Of a stretch of 64,000 bases of DNA, positions 41,557 to 52,082 are shown piece by piece; position 1 is the first letter of the stretch; each line of letters opens with the position of its first letter. The notes below the pieces were generated by a model, which did no database searches, had not been told where the DNA came from, and saw nothing but the letters and a program-made list of their open reading frames with translations. A program made the position numbers and the translations under genes. Source of the stretch: Geobacter sp. (lineage in GTDB: Bacteria; Desulfobacterota; Desulfuromonadia; Geobacterales; Pseudopelobacteraceae); NCBI GenBank assembly GCA_009684515.1, contig WKKS01000011.1:16390-80389 (forward strand), read 5' to 3'.

Positions 41557-42960
41557 ATGTCTGAATTAAGAGTCCGTTTTGCCCCCAGTCCGACCGGTTA
41601 CCTGCATGTCGGTGGTGCCCGCACCGCGCTGTTTAACTGGCTTTTGGCCAAAAAGCAGGGTGGCACATTCATTCTGCGCATAGAGGATACCGACGTTGAA
41701 CGGTCCACCAAGGAGTCGGTCGATGCGATACTGGAGGGAATGAAGTGGCTCGGCCTGGATTGGGACGAAGGTCCTTTTTATCAGTCGGAATGTTTTGATC
41801 TTTACAAAGAGTACGTTCAGAAGCTGCTGGATGACGGCAAGGCCTATAGGTGCTACTGCAGCGCAGACGAGTTAAATGCAAAACGTGAACTGGCGATGCA
41901 GGAAGGGCGCAAACCCAAATACGATGGGACATGCCGCAATAGAAACGACCATCCCGAAGGGGCGCCGTATGTCGTTCGTTTCGCTGCCCCACAGGGTGGG
42001 GAAGTGGCTTTTGATGATCTGATCAAGGGACGCATCGCCTTTCCGTCTGAAGAGTTGGACGACCTGATCATACAGCGTACCGACGGTACGCCGACCTACA
42101 ATTTCTGTGTCGTAATCGACGATGCCAGCATGCGGATCACCACTGTTATCCGCGGCGACGACCATGTCAACAATACGCCACGCCAGATTCAGCTTTATCA
42201 GGCGCTCGGTTTCCCGGTGCCGCAGTTTGCCCATGTGCCGATGATCCTCGGTTCGGACAAAGCCCGCCTCTCCAAGCGTCACGGCGCCACCAGCGTGATC
42301 GCATATCGAGATATGGGCTTTTTGCCCGAGGCGCTGATCAACTACCTGGTTCGCCTGGGCTGGAGTCATGGGGATGACGAAATCTTCAGTATGGATGAAA
42401 TGATTCAAAAATTTGACATAAACAATGTTGGGCGTTCGGCCTCGGTTTTCAATACGGAAAAGCTGCTTTGGCTGAATGCCCATTATATAAAGCAGGGGGA
42501 TACGGAACGGCTGGCTGACCTGCTGCTGCCGCATCTTTCAAAGCGGGAAGTCACAACGCTTGGCGGCCCAGATCTGATGCTGGTGGTCAATACCTTGAAA
42601 GAGCGCGCCCAGACATTGGAAGAGATGGCTGATCGGGCCGTGTTCTATTACAACGCTCCGCAAGCTTATGATGAGGCTGCACTGGCCAAATTCGAGAAGG
42701 AACATCTGCTGGCGGTCTTTGAGGCGGTTGCCGAAAAACTATCGGTCACATCTGCCGTTGATGCCGCCGGTTTTGACTTGCTCTTCAAGGAACTCTGCAC
42801 GGAAAAGGTATGGAAAATGCCGCAGGTGGGACAGCCGGTTCGCATCGCCCTCTCGGGCGGCACCCAGGCTCCCGGCATCGGCGAAATTGTTCAGGCATTA
42901 GGGTGTCAAGAAGCAATCCGGCGGATACAAGCGATCAGATCTTTTGTGGCAGCCAGGTAG
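41557..42960 (+). CDS. gltX: Glutamate--tRNA ligase
   Basis: [21 protein letters not shown] (HIGH motif) and LSKRHG (KMSKS variant). An AAGGAGAA SD is present. Confidence 0.96.
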   Translation: MSELRVRFAPSPTGYLHVGGARTALFNWLLAKKQGGTFILRIEDTDVERSTKESVDAILEGMKWLGLDWDEGPFYQSECFDLYKEYVQKLLDDGKAYRCYCSADELNAKRELAMQEGRKPKYDGTCRNRNDHPEGAPYVVRFAAPQGGEVAFDDLIKGRIAFPSEELDDLIIQRTDGTPTYNFCVVIDDASMRITTVIRGDDHVNNTPRQIQLYQALGFPVPQFAHVPMILGSDKARLSKRHGATSVIAYRDMGFLPEALINYLVRLGWSHGDDEIFSMDEMIQKFDINNVGRSASVFNTEKLLWLNAHYIKQGDTERLADLLLPHLSKREVTTLGGPDLMLVVNTLKERAQTLEEMADRAVFYYNAPQAYDEAALAKFEKEHLLAVFEAVAEKLSVTSAVDAAGFDLLFKELCTEKVWKMPQVGQPVRIALSGGTQAPGIGEIVQALGCQEAIRRIQAIRSFVAAR

Positions 42961-42985
42961 CAGGGACCGAATATCCGGTTGAACA

Positions 42986-43026
42986 AAAAGAGGGGAGCGG
43001 TTTTCAAACCGGCTCCCCTCTTTATA
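42986..43026. terminator. Bidirectional terminator between gltX and the GGDEF gene
   Basis: GAGGGGAGCGG-TTTTCAAA-CCGGCTCCCCTC with an A-run and a T-run on either side. Confidence 0.8.
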
Positions 43027-43038
43027 TTTGTTTGCCAG

Positions 43039-44436
43039 CTATTCCACAAAAACCACTCTGTTTTTTCCGAGCCTCTTGGCCTCGTACATCGCTCCGTCAA
43101 TCCGCTTGACGAAACAGGTCAGGTCTTCGCCCTGTCGGTAACAACCGCCGCCGATGCTGATGGTCATTTTCACGTAAACTCCATCCTTCGGGGAAAAAAT
43201 GGTGTTTTCAAAGGTCTCCCGAATCCTTTCGGCAACAATGGCGGCTTCGTCAGGTTCCGTCTCCGGGAAAAGCACGACGAACTCCTCTCCGCCATAGCGG
43301 TAGGCGGTGTCAACCCCCCTGATGCCTCCTCTGATGACATTTGCCAGTTCCGCCAATACCCGGTCGCCGTCGATATGGCCGTAGGTGTCGTTGAAGATCT
43401 TGAAATTATCAACATCCAGCAATATCAGGGACAACGGCGAGGCGTAACGGTTGCAACGCTCAATCTCGTCACTGGCGCGTCCGAAAAAGTGTCTGGAGTT
43501 GTAAAGTTTGGTCAGGCCGTCGGTGATGCTGAGCTCGCGGTACAGCCGCTCGCTTTCCTTGAGCGCCAGTTCTGCCTTTCTGCGATCAGAAACATCTTGC
43601 AGCGTTTCAATTGCACCGCAGATATCTCCGTCTGAATCCCGCATCGGAGAGGCGGTAAAATAGATCCATTTTCCGGAGCTGCCGAAGTGCGGGAAAAAAT
43701 CTTCGGCTTCGAAGGCGCCCTCAATGATTTTTGAGCGGTAAAATTTTCCGCCGTAGTGTTTTGACACCATGTCTTCAATGACGTTGTCCACGATAAGGTC
43801 AGCCATGACCGGGCGCTCGGAGCTGTAGAAAGCGCGCCATTGCTGCCGTGTGCCGATGACACTCGAGGCCGGCAGGCCGGTCAGGTTCGCGCAGGCCTGG
43901 TTCCAGTGGGTCACAATGTGGTTCTTGTCGATTACGAAGGTCGGGATGGTGATTTCTTCGACAATATGCAGCAATCGGTCCTGTTGTTCCAGTATGGACA
44001 GAGTCGAGTTTTCCCGCATGAGTCGTTCACGATGGCTTGTAACAACCCGCTTCAGGATTGATGGAAGAATTTCAAGGTAGGCGTTGTAGGGGTCTTTGAT
44101 GACGTAGTCGCTTGCTCCGTTATCCAGCGATTCCGCTGCGATCTTTTCAAATCCGCTGCCGGTCAGGATAACCAGCGGCAACGGAACAGAAGCCGCCACC
44201 ATTTTCTTGCACAATTCAAGAGCATCCAGGCCGGGAGGGTTATGATTGATTGCGACTACGTCGTAAGCAGCATGATTCTTCAACGCATTGGCAAGCGCAT
44301 CCTGCGGGGAGTCGAACTCCGCAAGCGTGTATTCGGCAGGGTGTTCCCGGGACATCTGCCTGAATGCATGGCGATCATGCTCGCTGCCAACCACAAGCAG
44401 TATGTTGAGGCATTGTGCTTTTCCAGATTTATTCAA
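43039..44436 (-). CDS. Response-regulator receiver-PAS-GGDEF diguanylate cyclase
   Basis: N-terminal REC-like domain, a PAS region, and GGDEF with an intact active site (RYGGEEFVVLF). TTG start with a GGAGG SD. Confidence 0.85.
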   Translation of the reverse strand: MNKSGKAQCLNILLVVGSEHDRHAFRQMSREHPAEYTLAEFDSPQDALANALKNHAAYDVVAINHNPPGLDALELCKKMVAASVPLPLVILTGSGFEKIAAESLDNGASDYVIKDPYNAYLEILPSILKRVVTSHRERLMRENSTLSILEQQDRLLHIVEEITIPTFVIDKNHIVTHWNQACANLTGLPASSVIGTRQQWRAFYSSERPVMADLIVDNVIEDMVSKHYGGKFYRSKIIEGAFEAEDFFPHFGSSGKWIYFTASPMRDSDGDICGAIETLQDVSDRRKAELALKESERLYRELSITDGLTKLYNSRHFFGRASDEIERCNRYASPLSLILLDVDNFKIFNDTYGHIDGDRVLAELANVIRGGIRGVDTAYRYGGEEFVVLFPETEPDEAAIVAERIRETFENTIFSPKDGVYVKMTISIGGGCYRQGEDLTCFVKRIDGAMYEAKRLGKNRVVFVE

Positions 44437-44608
44437 GATGTCCTCCAGGTTGCAACTCAGCTGCGGCTGATTTTAGATGTCTTGTCACATGAGGAGCCTC
44501 GTGTTACCGTTAAGTCACTGATAATGTGACCAACTGTGCCACGCAAGTCGAGTCAGCATACTCAATAATACGGTTATAATCAAATATAGTTTCTCAGGGT
44601 GCACCGAC

Positions 44609-46627
44609 ATGTCAATCTTCAAACTTGCAACTTCCTACACACCGCGCGGAGACCAGCCCCAGGCCATCATCGAGCTGGTGGAGGGTATTGAGCGTGGCGA
44701 CCGGCACCAGACCTTGTTGGGGGTCACCGGTTCGGGCAAAACTTTTACCGTAGCCAACGTTATCGCCCAAACCGGCCGTCCGGCGCTGGTGCTGGCCCCA
44801 AACAAAACACTGGCGGCCCAGCTATACGGTGAATTCAAGGAGCTTTTCCCGGACAATGCCGTTGAGTATTTTGTTTCCTACTATGACTACTACCAGCCCG
44901 AGGCTTATCTTCCGAGCAGCGATACCTTTATCGAAAAAGATTCGGCGATAAACGACGAAATCGATAAAATGCGCCATTCCGCCACCCGCAGTCTGCTGAC
45001 CCGTCGGGATGTAATTATTGTGGCATCGGTTTCATGTATTTACGGAATCGGTTCACCGGAAGCTTATGCCAGCCTGCACATTTTCTTTCACCAGGGGGAG
45101 GAGTATGGTCGCGACACTCTCCTGAGAAAGTTGGTCGAGATTCAGTATGAACGCAATGACCTGGATTTTCACCGTGGTACTTTCCGGGTTCGGGGTGATG
45201 TGGTTGAGGTTTTTCCTGCGTATGACAATGACAAGGCTCTGCGAATCGAATTTTTTGGTGATGAGATTGAAGCTGTCAGCGAAATTGATCCGTTGCGCGG
45301 CGTCGTGCTGCACAAACTTTCCAAATGCTCTATCTATCCGGCATCCCATTACGTATCCAGCCGTGAAACCTTGGAGCGCGCAGTTGAGCAGATCCGGGTT
45401 GATCTGGGAGAGCGCCTCCGCCACTTCCGAGCCGAAAATATGCTGCTGGAGGCTCAACGAATTGAGCAGCGAACTTTTTTTGATATTGAGATGATGGAGG
45501 AGATGGGTTTCTGCCAGGGTATCGAAAACTATTCGCGCTATTTTGATGGTCGCCAGCCGGGCGACCCCCCCTACACGCTGATCGACTACTTTCCGGATGA
45601 CTTCATCCTGTTTGTGGACGAGTCTCACATCACCATCCCCCAGACCGGCGCCATGTACCGTGGCGACCGCTCGCGGAAGGATACGCTGGTCAATTACGGT
45701 TTCCGTCTTCCTGCTGCGCTGGATAACCGTCCTCTCAACTTTCAGGAGTTTGAAGCCCGTATCAAACAGGCTATTTATGTGTCTGCGACCCCGTCAGATT
45801 ATGAACTGGAAAAAAGTTCCGGGGTTTTTGTCGAGCAGGTAATTCGCCCGACCGGACTGGTTGACCCGGTCATAGAAATCAGGCCGGTAACGGCGAAAGA
45901 TGGTGCTGTTGGCCAGGTAGACGATCTCCTCAACGAAGTTCGTGAAACCGTTGCACGTGGTGAACGGGTGCTCGTCACGACGCTGACCAAGCGCATGTCA
46001 GAGGAGTTGACCAACTATTATCGTGAACTGGGAGTCCGCATCAGGTATCTGCATTCGGACATTGATACAATCGAACGCATGCAGATCCTGCGTGACTTGC
46101 GGCTGGGTGAGTTTGATGTGCTGGTTGGGATCAATCTGCTGCGGGAGGGGTTGGACTTGCCTGAGGTATCGCTGGTGGCGATTCTGGATGCCGACAAGGA
46201 GGGCTTTCTGCGTTCGGCCCGTTCCCTGATCCAGACCTGTGGCCGGGCGGCCCGTAATGTCAACGGTCGCGTGCTGATGTACGGCGACAACATTACGCGC
46301 TCCATGCAGAGTTGTATCGATGAGACTGAGCGTCGCCGGACCAAGCAGCTGGCTTACAATCTGGAGCACAACATTACTCCGGAGACTATTAAAAAGGGAA
46401 TGTCTTCCATACTGGGATCGATTGAGGAAAAGGATTACTACACACCGCCGGGTGTTGTCGCTGAAACGGCGGAAGAGTATGGTGCATCGCTCAAGGATAT
46501 ACCGAAGCAGATCAGGAAATTGCGTAAAGAGATGCTGGCGGCAGCCAAGGAGTTGGATTTCGAGAAGGCGGCGGTTCTGAGGGACCGGGTCAGGAAACTG
46601 GAGGCAGTAGAGTTGGCTTTGCGGTGA
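44609..46627 (+). CDS. uvrB: Excinuclease ABC subunit B
   Basis: [19 protein letters not shown], the beta-hairpin region [10 protein letters not shown] and a C-terminal UVR domain. Confidence 0.97.
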   Translation: MSIFKLATSYTPRGDQPQAIIELVEGIERGDRHQTLLGVTGSGKTFTVANVIAQTGRPALVLAPNKTLAAQLYGEFKELFPDNAVEYFVSYYDYYQPEAYLPSSDTFIEKDSAINDEIDKMRHSATRSLLTRRDVIIVASVSCIYGIGSPEAYASLHIFFHQGEEYGRDTLLRKLVEIQYERNDLDFHRGTFRVRGDVVEVFPAYDNDKALRIEFFGDEIEAVSEIDPLRGVVLHKLSKCSIYPASHYVSSRETLERAVEQIRVDLGERLRHFRAENMLLEAQRIEQRTFFDIEMMEEMGFCQGIENYSRYFDGRQPGDPPYTLIDYFPDDFILFVDESHITIPQTGAMYRGDRSRKDTLVNYGFRLPAALDNRPLNFQEFEARIKQAIYVSATPSDYELEKSSGVFVEQVIRPTGLVDPVIEIRPVTAKDGAVGQVDDLLNEVRETVARGERVLVTTLTKRMSEELTNYYRELGVRIRYLHSDIDTIERMQILRDLRLGEFDVLVGINLLREGLDLPEVSLVAILDADKEGFLRSARSLIQTCGRAARNVNGRVLMYGDNITRSMQSCIDETERRRTKQLAYNLEHNITPETIKKGMSSILGSIEEKDYYTPPGVVAETAEEYGASLKDIPKQIRKLRKEMLAAAKELDFEKAAVLRDRVRKLEAVELALR

Positions 46628-46656
46628 TTTGTCGATTGATTTAATTGAAATAAAAA

Positions 46657-46689
46657 AGCGGGGGAACGCAGCATTGCGCTCCCCCGCTT
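46657..46689. terminator. Bidirectional terminator between uvrB and cytochrome c7 gene A
   Basis: AGCGGGGGAACGC-AGCATT-GCGCTCCCCCGCT, flanked by AAAAAA and TTT. Confidence 0.8.
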
Positions 46690-46713
46690 TGACTGATCCA
46701 GGATCAGGTCAGA

Positions 46714-46974
46714 TTACTTGTGGCATTCCTTGCAGCTGGTAGGCCCTTTTTTCATGTCGGCGTGGCAGCCCTTGCAGGTCTTGTGTGCCCAATCCTTGCC
46801 AAAACCTTCGATTTTGCCTGGACCCTTCTCATGGCACTTCTTGCAGTCCTTGAGTGCTTCCTGGTGGGCTTTGTGATTGAACTTAACGCCTTTTTTCAGT
46901 TCGATTACGTCGCTGGCAAAAGCGGTTCCGGCAAAAGCTACCATGGCAAGCATTGCTACTAAAGTCTTTTTCAT
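46714..46974 (-). CDS. Periplasmic triheme cytochrome c7 (PpcA family), copy A
   Basis: Signal peptide plus three CXXCH motifs (CKKCH, CKGCH, CKECH). The block KFNHKAHQ...CKKCHEKGPGKIEGFGKDWAHK.CKGCH..MKKGP..C..CH closely resembles Geobacter PpcA as I recall it. Confidence 0.92.
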   Translation of the reverse strand: MKKTLVAMLAMVAFAGTAFASDVIELKKGVKFNHKAHQEALKDCKKCHEKGPGKIEGFGKDWAHKTCKGCHADMKKGPTSCKECHK

Positions 46975-47144
46975 TTGTATCTCCTTGTTATGTTTTATTT
47001 CCGCACGGTGAGTGCAAGAAAATGTAATCAGTCAATCGAACGGGTCTGTTTTGTATACTGTATCCAGCCCCTCAACCGTATAACATATCACTGCTGAAAA
47101 AGTAAATACCATTTGCAACTGCATGATAAATCTCTAATTGTGGT

Positions 47145-47408
47145 TTACTGCTTGTGGCAATCCTTGCAACTGGCAGGTCCTTTTTTCATGTCAGTGTGGC
47201 AGCCCTTGCAGGTTTTGTGTGCCCAGTCCTTGCCAAAACCCTCGATCTTGCCTGGACCCTTTTCGTGGCACTTTTTGCAATCTTTAAGCATGCTCTGGTG
47301 CATTTTATGGGGGAATTTGACACCGCGCTTCAGTTCAATCACATCGGCTGCAAAGGAGGTTCCTGCAAATGCTACCAAGGCAAACATGGCGATAACGGTT
47401 TTTTTCAT
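47145..47408 (-). CDS. Periplasmic triheme cytochrome c7 (PpcA family), copy B
   Basis: Paralogue of copy A, identical at about 72 of 86 positions in my manual alignment. Three CXXCH motifs. Confidence 0.92.
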   Translation of the reverse strand: MKKTVIAMFALVAFAGTSFAADVIELKRGVKFPHKMHQSMLKDCKKCHEKGPGKIEGFGKDWAHKTCKGCHTDMKKGPASCKDCHKQ

Positions 47409-47681
47409 CTGTCATTCTCCTTTTCGATGGTACCGGGATTCAAAATAACTGGATGTGATTTATACTACATTTGACGTGCCAACACACCTGTTTTGTTGAT
47501 AAACGCAATGATTACATTTGGTTGTGAATAGCAAATGTTTTGCAGATCGCTCCTTATACCCCAATTGCGGTGGTGCGGGTTCCTTTTGCGACATTCGGGT
47601 TCGTAATTTCCTTGCCAGAGCCTACTCGCTTTTGTAAAGTTCTGAGACTAATAACAAACAACAAAATGGAGGAACAACTGT

Positions 47682-48122
47682 ATGCAGCAGATCAATAATA
47701 AAAAAGGATTTACACTGATCGAAATTATGGTCGTAATCGTTATTTTGGCTCTTCTTGCAGCGCTGGTTGGCCCCAAACTGATGGGGCGTACCGACGATGC
47801 CAAAATTACCGATGCCAGAGTCCAGATCAAGAATATTGAAACTGCGCTCAAACTTTACAAGCTGGACAACGGCAATTACCCCAGCACAGAACAGGGACTT
47901 GCTGCGCTGGTGAATAAGCCGACAGTCGGTGTTATTCCAAACGGCTATAAAGAGGGTGGGTACCTGGAAAGCAAGAAAGTACCTAAAGACCCATGGAACA
48001 ACGATTATCTGTATATTTCGCCCGGCGAGCATGGTGATTACGATCTCTTCTCATATGGCGCGGATGGCGCCAAGGGTGGTGAGGGAAAAAACGTCGACAT
48101 CACCAGTTGGGACACCAAATAA
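47682..48122 (+). CDS. gspG: Type II secretion major pseudopilin GspG-like (orphan)
   Basis: Prepilin leader and cleavage site KKG|FTLIEIMVV with Glu+5. GspG body: AK...A...[29 protein letters not shown] and GADG..GGEG.N.DI.SW. Confidence 0.88.
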   Translation: MQQINNKKGFTLIEIMVVIVILALLAALVGPKLMGRTDDAKITDARVQIKNIETALKLYKLDNGNYPSTEQGLAALVNKPTVGVIPNGYKEGGYLESKKVPKDPWNNDYLYISPGEHGDYDLFSYGADGAKGGEGKNVDITSWDTK

Positions 48123-48144
48123 GAAAATATTTCTCATAATATAG

Positions 48145-48172
48145 TTGATAAATTTCGAAACTGCGCTATAGT
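48145..48172 (+). promoter_or_regulatory. Sigma70-type promoter upstream of ppdK
   Basis: TTGATA-16 nt-TATAGT, about 90 nt upstream of the ppdK ATG. Confidence 0.4.
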
Positions 48173-48264
48173 CTGATCTTCTAAACTGTTATTTTTATTG
48201 TAAATAAACGTTTTTAGCGAGTGTAAATCGCAGGTACGTTAACCACAACAGAGGAGGCAGTACA

Positions 48265-50916
48265 ATGGCGCAGAAGTTCGTGTATTTCTATGGTAATGGT
48301 CAGGCGGAAGGTCGGGCCGACATGAAAAATCTGCTGGGGGGCAAAGGGGCCAATCTGGCCGAAATGACCAGCATCGGTCTTCCTGTCCCCCCCGGTTTTA
48401 CTATCACCACCGAAGTATGCACCGAGTTTTATAAAAACGACAGAAACTATCCCGCCTCACTGGCTGCCGAAGTATCCTCCAACCTGAAACAGGTCGAGGC
48501 CTTGATGGGTCGCACTTTCGGTGACCCGCAAAACCCGCTGCTTGTTTCTGTCCGCTCCGGCGCGCGCGCCTCCATGCCTGGCATGATGGACACCATTCTT
48601 AATCTGGGACTCAACGACACCACCGTTCAGGGCATTATTGCCCAGAGTGGCGACGAGCGCTTCGCCTACGATGCCTACCGCCGCTTTGTCCAGATGTATT
48701 CAGACGTTGTCATGGGAATGGACAAGCACGTTTTGGAAGAGTTGCTGGAAGTTAAGAAAGAAGAAAGAGGGGTGCATCTCGACACCGAACTGACCGCTTC
48801 CGACTGGAAAGATCTCGTAGCTGCGTTTAAATCCGCCATCAAGGAAGAGCTGGGAGTCGCGTTTCCGGATGAACCGGCGGACCAGTTGTGGGGCGCCATA
48901 GGCGCAGTATTCGGCTCGTGGATGAACCAGCGCGCCATCACCTACCGCCGTCTTAACAATATTCCGGCCGAGTGGGGAACCGCTGTAAATGTACAGTCAA
49001 TGGTTTATGGCAACATGGGTGACGATTGTGCCACCGGCGTCGCATTCACCCGCGATCCATCGACCGGCGAGAACTATTTCTATGGCGAATACCTCGTTAA
49101 CGCCCAGGGTGAAGATGTGGTCGCCGGCATCCGCACTCCCCAGCCGATCAATCGTGCCAAAGAGACCAGCCTGCCGCCGATGGAAGAAGTTATGCCGGAA
49201 TGTTACCAGCAGCTGGCCAGTATCCGCGACATACTTGAAAAACATTACAAGGATATGCAGGACATCGAATTTACCATCGAAAAAAACAAGCTCTTTATGC
49301 TCCAGACACGAAACGGCAAGCGGACCGCTCCGGCGGCCATAAAAATCGCCGTCGATATGGTTCGAGAAGGGCTGATAGATGAAAAAACGGCCGTTCTGCG
49401 AGTTGCTCCGTCCCAGCTTGACCAATTGCTGCATCCTTCACTTGACCCGAAGGCCAAAAAGGACGTTATCGCTAAAGGGTTGCCGGCTTCTCCGGGTGCA
49501 GTCTCCGGCGAAGTGATCTTCACCGCCGATGAGGCAGAATCCGAAGCCAAAACCGGCCGCAGGGTCATCCTGGTCAGAATCGAAACGTCTCCGGAAGACA
49601 TACACGGCATGCACGCCGCCCAGGGTATTCTGACTGCCCGTGGCGGAATGACTTCACACGCGGCGGTAGTTGCCAGGGGCATGGGCAAATGCTGCGTAGC
49701 CGGCTGTGGCGACATCAAAGTTGATTACGCCAACCAATCGTTCACCACCCGCAATGGCACTGTTGTCAAACGGGGCGACATTATTACCCTGGATGGCTCG
49801 CTGGGCGAGGTTATTCTTGGAGCGGTGCCGACCGTATCTCCGCAGCTGACCGGCGATTTCGCCCAGTTGATGCAGTGGGCCGACAAATTCCGCACGATGA
49901 AGGTGCGCACCAACGCTGACACACCGTACGACTCCAAGGTGGCGCGTGAGTTTGGTGCTGAAGGAATCGGCCTGTGCCGTACCGAACATATGTTTTTCGA
50001 CGCCGAGCGGATCGCTGCTGTCCGTGAGATGATTCTTTCCGACGACGTCGAGGGACGTGAGCATGCTCTGGCCAAGATCATGCCGATGCAGAAGGGTGAC
50101 TTCATCGGCCTTTTCCGCGAAATGAAAGGATTGCCGGTCACGATCCGCCTGCTTGATCCCCCGCTGCACGAGTTCCTGCCGCAGGAGGACCGGGATATCG
50201 AAGAGTTGTCCAAAACCATGAAAGTTCCGGTCAACGCCATCAAGCACAAGATTGAATCACTGCATGAATTCAACCCGATGCTTGGTCACCGAGGCTGCCG
50301 CCTGGGGATTACTTTCCCAGAGGTTTACAACATGCAAGTGCGAGCCATCATGGAGGCGGCCTGCGAACTGGTTAAAAACGAAGGTTTCAGCATCGTGCCG
50401 GAAATCATGATCCCGCTGATCGCCACAGTTCAGGAGCTGTCGGTTCTGAAGCGGAATGCCGTCGTGATCTGTGACGAAATTATTGCCCAATATGGCGTCA
50501 AGGTCGAATACCTGATCGGTACGATGATCGAACTGCCGCGTGCCGCTCTGACAGCTGACGAGATCGCGGTCGAGGCCGAGTTTTTCTCTTTCGGCACTAA
50601 CGACCTGACCCAGACCACATTTGGTCTGTCACGCGACGATGCCGGCAAGTTCCTGCCGTTCTATGTCGATAGTGGCATCCTGCCGGAAGACCCGTTTGTT
50701 TCACTCGATCAAGCCGGAGTCGGCAAGCTGGTCAAAATGGCCTGCGAATTGGGGCGCTCCACGCGTAAAAATATCAAACTGGGCATCTGTGGCGAGCATG
50801 GCGGCGACCCGGCTTCAGTGATCTTCTGTCACAAAATCGGGCTCGATTATGTTTCCTGTTCGCCTTTCCGCGTGCCGGTGGCAAGGTTGGCGGCAGCACA
50901 TGCCGCGCTGTCCTGA
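48265..50916 (+). CDS. ppdK: Pyruvate, phosphate dikinase
   Basis: 883 aa. Motifs: [12 protein letters not shown], phospho-His region [16 protein letters not shown], and PEP-utilising C-terminus GICGE.GGDP. Confidence 0.97.
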   Translation: MAQKFVYFYGNGQAEGRADMKNLLGGKGANLAEMTSIGLPVPPGFTITTEVCTEFYKNDRNYPASLAAEVSSNLKQVEALMGRTFGDPQNPLLVSVRSGARASMPGMMDTILNLGLNDTTVQGIIAQSGDERFAYDAYRRFVQMYSDVVMGMDKHVLEELLEVKKEERGVHLDTELTASDWKDLVAAFKSAIKEELGVAFPDEPADQLWGAIGAVFGSWMNQRAITYRRLNNIPAEWGTAVNVQSMVYGNMGDDCATGVAFTRDPSTGENYFYGEYLVNAQGEDVVAGIRTPQPINRAKETSLPPMEEVMPECYQQLASIRDILEKHYKDMQDIEFTIEKNKLFMLQTRNGKRTAPAAIKIAVDMVREGLIDEKTAVLRVAPSQLDQLLHPSLDPKAKKDVIAKGLPASPGAVSGEVIFTADEAESEAKTGRRVILVRIETSPEDIHGMHAAQGILTARGGMTSHAAVVARGMGKCCVAGCGDIKVDYANQSFTTRNGTVVKRGDIITLDGSLGEVILGAVPTVSPQLTGDFAQLMQWADKFRTMKVRTNADTPYDSKVAREFGAEGIGLCRTEHMFFDAERIAAVREMILSDDVEGREHALAKIMPMQKGDFIGLFREMKGLPVTIRLLDPPLHEFLPQEDRDIEELSKTMKVPVNAIKHKIESLHEFNPMLGHRGCRLGITFPEVYNMQVRAIMEAACELVKNEGFSIVPEIMIPLIATVQELSVLKRNAVVICDEIIAQYGVKVEYLIGTMIELPRAALTADEIAVEAEFFSFGTNDLTQTTFGLSRDDAGKFLPFYVDSGILPEDPFVSLDQAGVGKLVKMACELGRSTRKNIKLGICGEHGGDPASVIFCHKIGLDYVSCSPFRVPVARLAAAHAALS

Positions 50917-50942
50917 CGGCTTGTTAATCTCCTAAACAAAAA

Positions 50943-50967
50943 GGGGCGTATCCGCACGGATCGCCCC
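50943..50967. terminator. Bidirectional terminator between ppdK and the AMMECR1 gene
   Basis: GGGGCG-TATCCGCACGGAT-CGCCCC, flanked by AAAAA and TTTTT. Confidence 0.75.
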
Positions 50968-50995
50968 TTTTTGTTTAAACAGTATCCGGCAAAAC

Positions 50996-51547
50996 CTATG
51001 ACTTTTCCCCGAACACCAGCGCGCTGAAAATATATATTTCACACTCCCCCTGCCAGGCATTTTCCGGCAGACCGGCCTTGATGCAGGTATGACGCAGGAA
51101 CTCATCTCTGTCCCAACCGTACTCGCTTGCCACCTGCGGCAGCAACACCCCGCGATAGTTCCCTTTGACGATGTAAATTCCATGCGTCCCGACAATTATT
51201 TCATAGACAGAAGTTATCCTTTCAAGCGGTGACAACACCGAAATATCGATCTCAAAGTTATCCAGATCATGCGCCTTCATCGGGTAGAAGCGTGGGTCGC
51301 GGGTCGCTGCTGACACAGCCATCTCTTGCACAAGCCTGAATAACGGCTGATTGGATACGAAGTTGCCGATGCAGCCTCTCAGTTGGCCATCCTGTTTGAC
51401 CGTTACAAAACAACCTGCCTCAAGGTTCAGCCCTTTGGAGGTGTTTTCTATGACCGGAACGATTCCGCTGGTAATATAGGCGGAGATCGTTTCGCGAGCA
51501 ATTCTTAACAGATCTTTCTGTTCTTTCTTAGTCAAGAGTTCCGGCAC
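50996..51547 (-). CDS. AMMECR1-domain protein (AmmeMemoRadiSam system protein A type)
   Basis: GCFVT....G.LRGCIG and the DPRF block. Confidence 0.8.
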   Translation of the reverse strand: MPELLTKKEQKDLLRIARETISAYITSGIVPVIENTSKGLNLEAGCFVTVKQDGQLRGCIGNFVSNQPLFRLVQEMAVSAATRDPRFYPMKAHDLDNFEIDISVLSPLERITSVYEIIVGTHGIYIVKGNYRGVLLPQVASEYGWDRDEFLRHTCIKAGLPENAWQGECEIYIFSALVFGEKS

Positions 51548-51573
51548 ACTTTCCTCCGTTTCACAAATCCGGT

Positions 51574-52080
51574 CTAAGAGTAGTTTTTTCTGCGGAACAA
51601 TCCGGTTTTGATGCTGACTACCCTATCCAGAAACAGGATGCCGTCCAGGTGATCCATTTCGTGCTGGAGTGCCACCGCCTCAAAGCCGCTGGCATTGATT
51701 TCGCGCTGCTGGCCATCCAGTTCGCTGAAACGAACCGTGATTTCAGTGGCGCGATCAACGTCACCGGTGTAGTCCGGCACGCTCATGCATCCTTCGCGCA
51801 TGATGCCGATTCCGCTTCGGGCGGTGATCTCCGGGTTGATCATGCAGAGCAGGCCGTGGTTGTTCTCTTTGCCGAGGCGGTTTTTTGAAACGTCCACCAC
51901 ACAGACGCGCAGAGTGACCCCAATCTGGGAAGCGGCCACGCCGACCGAGCCCGGGCCGGCATGCATCGTATCCACCAGATCCTGGACCAGATCAGCAATG
52001 CTCCGATCGAAGCGTTCGACGTTTCTGCAGACTTTTTTCAGTACCGGGTGCGGATATTTTAGAATCGGTTGGACTGGCAT
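51574..52080 (-). CDS. def: Peptide deformylase (copy 2)
   Basis: GVGVAASQIG, EGCMSVP and HEMDHLDG are all intact. Confidence 0.9.
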   Translation of the reverse strand: MPVQPILKYPHPVLKKVCRNVERFDRSIADLVQDLVDTMHAGPGSVGVAASQIGVTLRVCVVDVSKNRLGKENNHGLLCMINPEITARSGIGIMREGCMSVPDYTGDVDRATEITVRFSELDGQQREINASGFEAVALQHEMDHLDGILFLDRVVSIKTGLFRRKNYS

Positions 52081-52082
52081 AA

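Noticed and set aside
47018-47516. Shared 9-mer ATGTAATCA / TGATTACAT upstream of both cytochrome genes
   Set aside because: The two copies are in opposite orientations and at different distances from the starts. A single 9-mer recurrence is about what chance allows in 64 kb on both strands.
47560-47625. Possible GEMM-I (c-di-GMP/cGAMP) riboswitch upstream of cytochrome c7 copy B
   Set aside because: On the minus strand, GGCAAGGAAATTACGAACCCGAATGTCGCAAAAGGAACCCG superficially recalls the GGCAAA...ACGCAAAGC core. However, I could not fold the P1 hairpin with a GNRA loop or a matching P2, and the ACGCAAAGC box is imperfect. It would need a covariance-model scan before any claim.
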